From contig CM075981.1 of assembly GCA_038087875.1 (NCBI GenBank), forward strand, positions 620,001 to 684,000: a stretch of 64,000 bases of DNA, given 5' to 3'. Below, in pieces: positions 25,490 to 37,177 of the stretch (position 1 is the stretch's first letter; each line of letters opens with the position of its first letter). The notes beneath the pieces were generated by a model. That model was not told the DNA's origin, ran no database searches, and saw nothing but the letters and a program-made list of their open reading frames with translations. The DNA is from Malacoraja senta. Taxonomy: Eukaryota. The position numbers were made by a program, and so were the translations under genes.

Positions 25490-25880
25490 TACAAAAGTTA
25501 CTTGGAGTTTGAGAAATCAATATTCACACCGCTGGGGTTGTAAGCTGCCCAAGCGAAATATGAGGCGCTGATCATCCAATTTGCATTTGGCCTCACTCTG
25601 ACAGTGGAGGAGGCCAAGGACAGAAAGGTCAGTGTGGGAATGGGAAGGGGATTTAACTAATGGGAACTGGGAGATGGCGTGGGTCAAGGCCGACTGAGCG
25701 AAGGTGTTCAGCGAAACGATCTCCAAGTCTGCGCTTGGTCTCGACGATATCTTGCAGATGGGCGTACAACATCCAGTGGCACTAGTCTGAAGAAGGGTTT
25801 CGGCCCGAAACGTTGCCTATTTCCTTCGCTCCATAGATGCTGCTGCACCCGCTGAGTTTCTCCAGCATTTTTGTGTACCA
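25490..25880 (-). mobile_element. Penelope-like element relic (GIY-YIG C-terminus) with adjacent terminal-repeat piece
   Basis: SPSHSHTDLSVLGLLHCQSEAKCKLDDQRLIFRLGSLQP; similar relics near 9940-10090, 17770-17940, 29170-29370 and 51780-51960. Confidence 0.75.
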
Positions 25881-26870
25881 TCCAGTGACACTATTTGGAA
25901 TAAGTCTCGGTGACCTCTGGTGTCCCGGCTTTCCATCACGGGCACGGAACATGTTTAGTTTAGTTTAGCGATACAGCGCAGAAACAAGCCCTTCGGCCCG
26001 CCGATCACCCGTACACTAATCCTACACGATGGCGCAGTGGTAGAGTCGCTGCGTCCCACGGTACGAGTTCATTCCAAGAGTTCTCCCGAGTTTGCCCTGA
26101 TTCGAACTCGGAGATTACAGCCCAGAGATCCAGGTTCAATCCTGACTATGGGTGCTGTCTGTATGGAGTTTATACATTCTCCCCGTGACCGGCGTGGGTT
26201 TCCTCTGGGAACTCCCGTTTCCTCCCACACTCCAAACACCTTCAGGTCTGTAGGTTAATAGGCTTGGTAAAATAGCAAATTGTCCCTGGTGTGTGTCGGA
26301 TAGTGCTAGTGTAAGTGGGTGGCTTGTTGGTGCAGACCCAGTGGACCGTAGGGCCTGTTTCCACGCTGTATCCCTCATCTAAACTAAACTATACCTCACA
26401 CTGGGGATAATTTACAGATATGTATTGCAATTTAAGCCTCTTTGAAGTCCTTGGACATGTTTATTGGCATTTTCTCTGGCGCTGTAACACCATATTCTTT
26501 TTTGCACCTGATGTACTCGTGTACGGAAGATAGACACAAAATGCTTGAGTAACTCAACGGGATGGGCAGCATCTCTGGAGGGAAGGAATGGGCGACGTTT
26601 TGGGTCGAGACCCTTCTTCAGATGGGTCGAAACATCCGACTCGAAACATCACCCATTCCTTCTCTCCAGAGATGCTGCCTGTCCCGTTGAGTTACTCCAG
26701 CTTTTTGTGTCTATCTTCGGTTTAAACCAGCATCAGCACGTGTTCAGTATGATTTGACTGGGTGGCATGCAAAACAACGTTTTTTCACTGTACGACAATA
26801 ATAACTCCATACGCAGTTACTGTTCTTTCATCATTTTAACTGCAGAAGAAATATTTTGTTGGCTACTTAC

Positions 26871-26986
26871 TTTCTTGAGGGATAGTTTCTGACTGTTTCC
26901 TCTTCTTTACAAGTAGAACTATCGGTAGTACAATCAATAGTCCCAACACGAGTGGAAGTATAATGTGCCAAATCTGCGGGGTGCCG
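26871..26986 (-). CDS. Gene A transmembrane exon SGTPQIWHIILPLVLGLLIVLPIVLLVKKRKQSETIPQE
   Basis: tttaatag|C...A|gtaagt; 116 bp, phase 2/1; uncharged TM followed by a KKRK stop-transfer. Confidence 0.85.
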
Positions 26987-27734
26987 CTATTAAAACACGA
27001 TTGAGAAACATTGAATGAGACAAGGAACAATATCTCTAACACTAAATTGAGCTAGAATGAGGAAGGACACAAAGTAGCTCAGCAGGTCAGGGCTGAATCC
27101 CCGGAGAAAGTGGACAGGTGATGTTTCGGGTTGAGATCTTTCTTCGGATCAAAGAAGGGTGTCGACCCGAAACGTGAATGTGAAGAAGTGTTTTGACCTG
27201 AAAGGTCACCTATCCATGTTCTCCAGCGATGCTGCCTGACCCGTTGAGTTACTCCAGCACTTTGTATCCCTTTCTGTATTAACCAACTTCTGCAGTTCTT
27301 TGTGTTGACAAACTAGAATGTGGATGAAACTGGAAGCAAGATGCGAGGAACTGCAGATGCTGGTTTAGAATAAGAGACGGTGTGGCACAATGGAGCAGCG
27401 CCAGATACCCGGGTTTGAACCTGACCTCGGGTGCTGTCTGTACGGAGTTTGTACGTTCTCCCCGCGACCGCGTTGGTTTTCTCCGAGATCTTCGTTTTCC
27501 TCCCACACTCCAAAGACGTGCATAAATGTCTTGGCTTGGTATAAATGTAAATTGTCCCTGGTATGTGTTGGATACTGTTAGTGTGCGGGGATCGCTAGTC
27601 CGTACGGACTCGGTGGGCCGAAGGGCCTGTTTCTGCGCTCTATCTCTAAACTAAACTAAACATGACGTATTGAACCAATACCAACAACAATCAGTAAATA
27701 ATTATTAGATTGAAGATGACTGCAGAAATCTTAC

Positions 27735-27774
27735 CTTGCTTTGTTGCTTGGTGCCTCTGGTTTTGTTATCGTTC
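27735..27774 (-). CDS. Gene A short stalk exon GTITKPEAPSNKA
   Basis: cacctcag|GA...AG|gtaaga; 40 bp, phase 1/2, bridging the V2 and TM exons in frame. Confidence 0.7.
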
Positions 27775-28450
27775 CTGAGGTGGGTTGTTAAATCAACATA
27801 TTATACCAATTCATATCAATTACAACACAACATAACATAATCTCAAGGAACTGAAGATGCAGCAAATTGCCCTTTAGTCTGTAAGGAGTAGATAACAAAA
27901 ATCAAGTGTGAATGGATGGTTGGCATGGATTAGATGGGCCGAAGAGCCTGTTTTCATGTTGCATCTTTCAATTCAATTAATATGTATATTAACAAGAGGT
28001 TCAGAAAGTCTGTCTAAGAGTAATAAACATAAGTGAAATATTTGGTAATAAATTCCACAATCAGAGATTAGTAAGAAGGTAAAACTCAGGCAAATATCAG
28101 GACACGGTTTAGGGAAAGCTTTGAAGATACGAGGTTGGGGGAGATGAGAAGAATTAGAAGGCTGTGGAGGCCAAGCCAATGGATATTTTTAAGGCAGAGA
28201 TTGAGAGATTCTTGATTAGTACGTGTGTCAGGGGTTACGGGGAGAAGGCAGGAGAATGGGGTTGAGAGGGAAAGATAGATCAGCCATGATTGAATGGCGG
28301 AGTAGACCTGATGGGCCGAATGGCCTAATTCTACTCCAACAACTTACGAGAATGGAGAGAGATACATGGAATATAATATCAGTAAAGACTGTTTGCATGC
28401 TGAATTTCTACATAACTGTTGAATCACAGTAATTTTATGTTGATTTATAC

Positions 28451-28765
28451 CTTGAAACATCACGGTTGTAACCTGTGAGATCTCAAAGTCGACTGGTGTC
28501 CTGGCCCCACACCAATATTCCCCCACATCTCTTTCATCAGTGTGCCTGATCGTGATAGCAAAGTTGTTGAATTCGTTCGCACTGATTGACAATTTGCTGC
28601 TGTTGTAGTGTTTAGGCGTCACTATGATGCTGCAACTATTCACAGAGACGACTTTACACAAGAATTTCTCATACGCTTCAAATTGCGCCTTGTACCGGCA
28701 ATGTATAGTGGTGGCATTGCCCATTACGCCCTTGACTGTAGTACGGTTTAGTATCCGTGAATCTG
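28451..28765 (-). CDS. Gene A Ig-V domain 2
   Basis: ttacag|CA GAT...CAA G|gtataa; phase 1/1 (NAGNAG acceptor); TIHCRY...FLCKVVSVNSC...DVGEYWCG. Confidence 0.9.
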
Positions 28766-30126
28766 CTGTAATGGAAACAAAATGAGGGCATGAGAGATCA
28801 GAGATGCTGACTGTTGACTTTGGTAGGGAAGAGCCAAGGATGCACAAACCTTAGTTTAGTTTAGAGATACAGCGTGGAAACAGTCCCTTCAGCTCACTGA
28901 GTCTGCACCGACCAGCGATCCCCGCACATTATCACTTTCCTACACACACTAGGGATAAGTTATAATTGTGCTGAAGCCAATTAACCTACAAGCTTTGGAG
29001 TGTGGGAGGAAACCGGAGCTCCCGGGGAAAACCCACGAAGGTCACGGGGACAACGTACTAACTCCGTACAGACAGCACCCGTGGTCAGGATCGAGCCCGG
29101 GTCTCTGGGGCTGTAAGGCGGCAACTCTTCCGCTGTGCCACGGGCTGGCACCCTCATTATTGGGATGCTGAAGATGGAAAGTTACCGTGAGGCCATGTGT
29201 AAATTGGTGGAACAGCACCTCATATGTTGCTGGGTTCGCTTACAACCCAGCAGTATGAATGTTGAATTCTCTAATTTTAAGAAACTTCTACTAACACTCC
29301 ACTCCCCTCCCCCCTTGCCCCCTTCCACCCTAGTTCCACCAGCTCTTCTCCAGCTCCCTTCTTTCAGTCTGAGGAATTGCCCCGACCCGGAACGGCTGGC
29401 CTTGTATACTCTGGAATTTAGAAGGATGAGAGGGAATCTTGGTGAAACATATAAGATTATTAAGGGTTTGGACACGCTCGAGGCAGGAAACATGTTCCCG
29501 ATGTTGGAGGAGTCCAGAACCAGGGGCCACAGTTTAAGAATAAGGGGTAAGCCATTTAGAACGGAGATGAGGAAACACTTTTTTCACACAGAGAGTGGTG
29601 AGTCTGTGGAATTCTCTGCCTCAGAGGGCAGAGGAGGCCGGTTCTCTGGATACGTTAAATAGCTAGAGAGGGCTCTTGAAGATAGCAGAATCAGGGGATA
29701 TGGGGAGAAGGCAGGAACGGGGTACTGATTGGGGATGATCAGCCATGATCACATTGAATGGCGGTGCTGGCACGAAGGGCCGAATGGCCTACTCCTGCAC
29801 CAATTGTCTATTGTCTATTGACCCAAAATGTCACCTATTCCATTTCTCCCGGGATGCATCCCGCTGAGTTACTCCAGCATTTTGTGTCTATCTTCAGTGT
29901 AAAGCAGGGTCCTTCCTACACACCTTTGTAAGTTTAACTCACTTAACAATCGGTAGACGCAATGAACTGCAGATGCTGGAATCTGCGTAGAAAGTGCTGG
30001 AGTAACTCAGCGGGATGGGCAGCACCTCTCCATAACAATCAGTATGCTCATTATGGCACAGCAGTCCAAGTGTATATTATCAGTGAAGCATATTATCGGT
30101 TGTAAAATCTTCGGAAAACCTCTTAC

Positions 30127-30438
30127 CTGTGAAAACATCCAGCATGACAATATCTGAAACATGGATTATTTTTGTCTGAATTGTTCCACACCAGTATGTT
30201 CCTGAATCATTCTTCTGAAGTTGACTTGTTACAAAAACAGACCCATTGAGTCTTCTCATTGATATCCTTCCACTACTGTCCACTTCTTTCTCAGTCTTGA
30301 CTATTACATGGCACCCCTTTCCAGAATAGGCTTTGCACCAGCTGACACGTCCTGTTTTCTCAGCGTTTGGACATTCTATAGTCACTGTTTCTCCCTCGCC
30401 AGCTCTTATCACCATCAAGGGAAGCTGTGCTAAGGAAC
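30127..30438 (-). CDS. Gene A Ig-V domain 1 (CD300/pIgR/TREM-type)
   Basis: cccaacag|GT TCC...ACA G|gtaag; phase 1/1; VTIEC...WCKAYSGKGC...DSGTYWCG has the canonical disulfide plus the extra C-x7-C pair. Confidence 0.9.
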
Positions 30439-32002
30439 CTGTTGGGTGAAATTTAGTGCTGGAAATTTTATAGAATCACATCAAAATATTCCCATAACCC
30501 CCTCCCCCCTGGACATAATCTCATGTTCATAAGTTACAGGAGAACATTTGGGCCATTCGGTTCATCGTCTGTCCATCCATTCAATCATGGCTGATCTATC
30601 TCTCCCTCTCAACCCAATTCTCCTGCCTTCTCCCCATAACCCCTAACACCCTATTTACTAACCAAGAATCTGAAAATCTCCGCCTTAAAAATACCCAATG
30701 ACTTGGCCTCCACAGCCATCTGTGGCAACGACTTCCACAGATTTACCACCCTGTGTCAAAAGAAATTCATCCACAACTCCTTTGTACAGGTATGTCCTTT
30801 GTAACAGGTACAGGTACAGGATAGTAGCGCAGCGGTAGAGATGCTGCCTTACAGCGCCAGAGACCCGGGTACGTGTGCAGCCTGTACGGAGTTTGTACGT
30901 TCTCCCTGTGACCTGCATAGGTTTTCTCCGGGAGCTCCGGTTTCCTCCCACACTCGAAAGACAAGCAGGTTTGTCGGTTAATTGGCTTTGATAAAAATCA
31001 TTCCTAGTGTGTAGGATAGAACTAATGTGCAGAGATCGCTGGTCAGCATGGACTCGATGGGTCGAAGGGCCTGTTTCCACGCTGTATCTCCAAACTAAAC
31101 TAAACGTCCTGTTATTCTGAGGCTGTGCACTCTGGTCCTAGACTCTCCCACCAGTGGAAACATCCTCTCCACATCCACTATTTCCAGGCCTTTCACTATT
31201 CATTACGTTTCAATGTCACCCTCGTCCGAAAATGGGAGGTGGGAGGAAACTCGAGCATCCGGAAGAAACCCATACGGTGACGGGGAGAAACTCCACAAAG
31301 ACAGCATCCGAGGAAGGATTGTAGCGCAAAAATCTTCTCTGCTGCATCTTCACTGAAATCATAGAACAGTACAGCACAGAAACAGGCCATTTGGTCCACA
31401 ATCGCCATGCTGAACATGATTCCATGACCAACCCTTATCTGCCCTTGCCAACGACTCTTAAAAACTGATTGAGGTGGTGGGGCATTCTCCTCACCCCTCT
31501 CCCCCCACCACAATCAGTCTGAAGAAGGGTCCCGGCCCAAAATATTACCTATCCATGTTCTCTAGAGATGCTGCCTGACCCGCTGAGTTACTCCAGCACT
31601 TTGTTTCTTTTTTCTCTTACATGCACGTGCCATTCCGAAAATCTCTTAAATCCTCTGCTAAATCCCATGCTCTTGGCACAGTTCGTTTTAACTCTTGCTA
31701 AAATGTAAAGTTAATTGGTTCCTTTCTAGGCTCCTGGTCCTTTGGCTAAACAGCAGTATATCATCACTTATTTAAATAACAAGAGGTAATGTTCGTGTTA
31801 ACATATAACTGCGCTATGGTTCCATGACCATAAGTTAATGGGGCAGAATTAGGTTGTTCGGCTCATCATGTCCACTCTGCCATTCGATCATGGCTGATCT
31901 ATCTCTCCCTCCTAACCCCATTCTCCTGCCTTCTCCCCATAACTCCTGGCACCCGTACTAATCAATAATCTGTCCATCTCAGCTTTAAGTGGAAAAACTT
32001 AC

Positions 32003-32039
32003 TTGAAGTCACAGTCAGAAACAGCAGAATGTAAAACAT
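32003..32039 (-). CDS. CD300/pIgR-like gene A, leader exon MFYILLFLTVTS
   Basis: accacgATG...TCA A|gtaagt; 37 bp, phase 1; hydrophobic signal peptide joining S-SLAQ of the next exon. Confidence 0.8.
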
Positions 32040-32139
32040 CGTGGTTCCAGAAAGAGAGAGATCCTTGTTTTCCGATGAAGCGGTCTCCAATTTGCGCTGT
32101 GCACAACTTACTCTTGTTTGATTTAACCACTTGTTCCGT

Positions 32140-32350
32140 GTGCAAACTTCCTCACAAATGAAGAAATGCTTTGCAATGTGACATAGAGTAAGGAACATTG
32201 ACCCATATCCCATTTTGCAATCTGTTGCCTGCACATTGTCAACGGTTCCACTTTGGGGGATGAACTGTGGTTGGCAGAGTTTTGGGCAGAAGACAAGCTG
32301 AACTGAAGCAGGTTTCCAGTGAGGGTATCCACAGCTTGTGTGGTCACATC
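32140..32350 (-). promoter_or_regulatory. Putative myeloid-type promoter of gene A
   Basis: GAGGAAGT (PU.1/ETS) at 32146-32153; RUNX TGTGGTT at 32266-32272 and TGTGGTC at 32339-32345; TTGCAAT half-sites; 100-300 bp upstream of the ATG. Confidence 0.35.
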
Positions 32351-33887
32351 CCAATCCTGTCCTCCTTAAAGATCAGTTTGGAGATGCACTTTTTATAATT
32401 AATACTTTGCAATCCAATGTAGAATAAGGAACATTGACAAAAATCCTGTTTCACAACTTGCTGAACTTACAGCGCCAGAGACCTGGGTTCAATTGTGACT
32501 GTGGGTGCTGTCTGTACGGGGTTTGTACGTTCTCCCCATGACCGCGTGATTTTCTCCGGGTGTTCTGGTTTCCTCGCACCATCCAAAGACGTGTGGATTT
32601 GTAGGTTATCTGGCTTCGCTAAGTTGTAGATTGTCCCTAGTGTGTCGGATAGTCCTAGCGTACATGGTTGTCTCCAGAGATGCTGTCTGACCCGCTGAGT
32701 TACTCCGGCTTTTTGTGTCTACCTTCCTTCCTAAACAGTTGAAATTATTCCTTCATGGCTGGGAAGAGAGCTGAGAAGATTTATCAGGATTTTGCCTGGA
32801 CTCGAAGGTCGGAGCTTCAAGGAGGATGTGTCTCACCGTGGCCACTCGCTCTTCTCCCCTCTCTCATCAGGCAAGAGGTACAGAAGTTTGAAAACGCACA
32901 CTTGCAGATTCAAGGAGTTTCTTCCTTCCTTCATGTTAGCATGAAACGGAACCATCTGATTACTTACTAGAGAGTGATCCTGATCTACCATCCACCTCAT
33001 TGGAGACCATTGAACCATCTTTAATTGGACTTTACTGGACTTTAACTTGCACTGAACCTACAGTATTTCCCTTTATCCTGTATCTGTACACTGTGGATGG
33101 CATGATTGTAATCATGTACAGTCCCTTTGCTGGATAGCATGCAACAAAAATATATATAATTGTTCCTTGGTACATGTGACAATGATAAACTAAACTAAAT
33201 TTGGATAAACTAGGACTTTATTCCTTGGAGCACAGGAGGCTAAGGGGTGATCTTATAGAGGTGTATACAATCATGAGGAGGAATTTATAGGGTGAGTTCA
33301 CAGAGTCTTTTACCCAGAGTAAAAGGGGAATCAAAATCCAGAGGACAAGTTTAAATTGAGGGGGGAGGGATTTAATAGGAACCTGAGGCGCAAGCCTTTC
33401 ACTCAGAATGTGGTGGGTATATGGAATGAGCTGTCAAAGGAGGTAGCTAAGGCAGCTACTGTAACAACATTTAAAAGACAATTGGACAGGTACATGGATA
33501 GGAATGGTTTAGAGGGACATGGATCAAATGCGGCCAAATGGGACTACTCAGGTGGGGCATTTTGGTCAGCATGGATGAGTGAAGGGTCTATTTCCGTGCT
33601 ATATAACTATGAGTCTATGATTCTAATTCAGTACCATGATAACCTCTCTGATGCTGCAGAGACATGCTGCACGATGGTCAGATCCTATGACTAGGAAGAT
33701 GAGAGTCAATGTGATCTTGACCTCCATGGATAGAGTAGACCAGGTATGAAGGTCCTCTTGTATCTCAATGTAGACAGACGGAATATCATGAGATATCATA
33801 ATATCTTGGGGTGCAGTGGTGGAGTTGCTGCCTTACAGCACCAGAGACCCAGGTTCGATCCTAACTACGGATGCTTGTCTGTATAGA

Positions 33888-35138
33888 TACATAGATACAT
33901 AGATACATAGAAAATAGGTGCAGGAGTAGGCCATTCGGCCCTTCGAGCCTGCACCGCCATTCAATACGATCATGGCTGATCATCCAACTCAGTATCCCGT
34001 ACCTGCCTTCTCTCCATACCCCCTGATCCCTTTAGCCACAAGGGCCACATCTAATTCCTTCTTAAATATAGCCAATGAACTGGCCTCAACTACCCTCTGT
34101 GGCAGAGAGTTCCAGAGATTCACCACTCTCTGTGTGAAAAAGTTTTTCCTCATCTCGGTCCTAAAGGATTTCCCCCTTATCCTTAAGCTGTGACCCCTTG
34201 TCCTGGACTTCCCCAACATCGGGAACAATCTTCCTGCATCTAGCCTGTCCAACCCCATAAGAATCTTGTACGTTTCTATAAGATCCCCTCTCAATCTCCT
34301 AAATTCTAGCGAGTATAAGCCAAGTCTATCCAGTCTTTCTTCATATGAAAGTCCTGACATCCCAGGAATCAGTCTGGTGAACCTTCTCTGCACTCCCTCT
34401 ATGGCTATAATGTCCTTCCTCAGATTTGGAGACCAAAACTGTACGCAATACTCCAGGTGTGGTCTCACCAAGACCCTGTACAACTGCAGTAGAACCTCGC
34501 TGCTCCTATACTCAAATCCTCTTGCTATGAAGGCCAACATACCATTCGCTTTCTTCACTGCCTGCTGCACCTGCATGCCTACTTTCAATGACTGGTGTAC
34601 CATGACACCCAGGTCTCGCTGCATCTCCCCATTTCCTAATCGGCCACCATTTAGATAATAGTCTGCCTTCCCGTTTTTGCTACCAAAGTGGATAACCTCA
34701 CATTTATCCACATTATACTGCATCTGCCAAACATTTGCCCACTCACCCAGCCTATCCAAGTCACCTTGCAGTCTCCTAGCATCCTCCTCACAGCTAACAC
34801 TGCCCCCCAGCTTAGTGTCATCCGCAAACTTGGAGATGTTGCTTTCAATTCCCTCGTCCAGATCATTAATATAAATTGTAAATAGCTGGGGTCCCAGCAC
34901 TGAGCCTTGCGGTACCCCACTAGTCACTGCCTGCCATTGTGAAAAGGACCCGTTTACTCCTACTCTTTGCTTCCTGTTTGCCAGCCAGTTCTCTATCCAC
35001 ATCAATACTGAACCCCCAATACCGTGTGATTTAAGTTTGTATCCTAATCTCTTATGTGGTACCTTGTCGAAAGCCTTCTGAAAGTCCAGATACAACACAT
35101 CCACTGGTTCTCCCCTATCCACTCTACTAGTTACATCC
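33888..35138 (-). mobile_element. Young 5'-truncated CR1 LINE (intact 377-aa RT C-terminal ORF) inserted into a V-SINE
   Basis: YLDFQKAFDKVPH, GVPQGSVLGP, FADD motifs; (TCTATGTA)n tail; SINE halves at 33811-33887 and from 35139. Confidence 0.92.
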
Positions 35139-35856
35139 TAGAGTTTGTACGTCCTCCCTGTAACCTGCGTGGGTTTTCTTCGGGATCTCCAGTTTCCTCC
35201 CACACTCCTAAGACGTGCAGGTTTGTCGGTTAATGGGCTTGGTTTAATTATAAATTGTCCCTGATGTGTAGGATGGTGTTAGTGTGCGGGGATCGCTGGT
35301 CGCCGCAGACTTGGTGGGCCGAAGGGGTTGTTTCAATAGACAATAGACAATAGGTGCATGAGTAGGCCATTCGGCCCATCGAGCCAGCACTGCCATTCAA
35401 TGTGATCATGGCTGATATTCCCCGATCAGTATCCCGTTCCCGCCTTCTCCCCATATCCCCTGACTCCGCTATCTTTAAGAGCCCTATCTAGCTCTCTCTT
35501 GAAAGTATCCAGAGAACCGGCCTCCACCCCCACTGTTCCTCTAAACTAAACCAAACTTAGTAATGCCAGTGTCAGCTGAGTGGCCTTTCAGTAATAAGGA
35601 GAGTACTGTGCCTTGAATTTCAATGGGACAGTTTTGGTTTGGTTTGCAATTTTGAGCAATTTTTTATTGGTATGAGTAGAAATGGTGGTTGTGCAATAAA
35701 TGCAATCATTTACTGCATGTGAGCGGTGCTGGGAAAGTGTCAAGCATAGTGTGATCAGGAACGAGAGCTCCAATTGCAGAACTTTATATTGCGAACATTG
35801 TAAGCATGATTGACTCAGGGTAAGAGAGTCAAAGGTTACGGGGACCACTCGAGAAT

Positions 35857-37070
35857 GTGAAAACGAGGAATTATAGACCAGTTAGTCTTACATTGGTATT
35901 GGGGAAGAAGCTGGAATCAATTATTAAGGATGTTATAGCAGCGCATTTGGAACGCAGCGACAGGATCGGTCAAAGTCAGCATGGATTTATGAAGGGGAAA
36001 TCATGCTTGATTAATCTTTTGGAATTTGTTGAGGATGTAACAAGTAGAATGGATAAGGGAGAGCCAGTGGATGTGGAGTATCTGGACTTTCAAAAAGCCT
36101 TTGACAAGGTCCCACACAAGAGATTAGTGTGCAAAATTAGAGCACATGGTATTGGGGGTAGGGCATTGACATGGATAGAAAACTGGTTGGCAGACAGGAA
36201 GCAAAGGGTAGGAATTAACGGGTCCTTTTCAGAATGGCAGGCAGTGACTAGTGGGGCGATGCAAGGCTCGGGGCTGAGACCCCAGTTATTTACAATATAT
36301 ATTATCGATTTAGACGAGGGAATTAAATATAACAATACTAAGTTTGTGGATGACACAAAGCTGGGTGGCAGTGTGAGCTGCAAGGACGATGCTAAGAGGC
36401 TGTAGGGTGACTTGGATCGGTTGGGTGAGTGGGCAGAAGAATGGCAGATGCAGTATAATGTGGATAAATGTGAGGTTATCCACTTTGGTGGCAAGAACAG
36501 GAAGGCAGATTATTATCTGAATGGTGTCAGATTGGGAGAAGGGAGGTGCAACGGGACCTGGGTGAGCTTGTACATCAGTCACTGAAAGTAAGCATGCAGG
36601 TACAGCAGGCAGTGAAGAAAACCAATTGGTCATCATTGTGAGAGGATATGAGTTTTGGAGCAAGGAGGTCCTACTGCATTTGTACATGGCCTTGGTGACC
36701 ACACCTGGAGTATTGTGTCCAGTTTTGGTCTCCTAATTTGAGGAAGGACATTATTGCTATTGAGTGAGTGCAGTGTAGGTACACCAAGTTATTTCCCGGG
36801 ATGGCGGGACTGAGATATGATGAAAGAATGTTTCGACTGGAAGCTAGAAGGATGATAGGGTATCTTATAGAAACATATAAAATTCTTAGAGGATTGGACA
36901 GGTTCGATGCAGGGAAAATGTTTTCGGTGTTGGGGGAGTCCAGAACCGGGGGACATAGTTTAGAAATAAGTGGTAGGCCATTTAGGACTGAGATGAGGGA
37001 AAACCTTTTCACCCAGGGAGTTGTGAATCTGTGGAATTCTTTGCCACAGAAGGCAGTGGAGGCCAATTCA
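35857..37070 (+). mobile_element. Degraded CR1 LINE RT fragment
   Basis: NYRPVSLT, LDFQKAFDKVPH, KFVDD motifs with stops and frameshifts. Confidence 0.9.
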
Positions 37071-37177
37071 TGAAACTTAGTTTAGAAATACAAAATGTAA
37101 ACAGGCCCTTCGGCCCACCGAGTCTACACTGACGGTTGATCACCCGTTCACATTAGTTCTCCCAGAGACACACTTTT

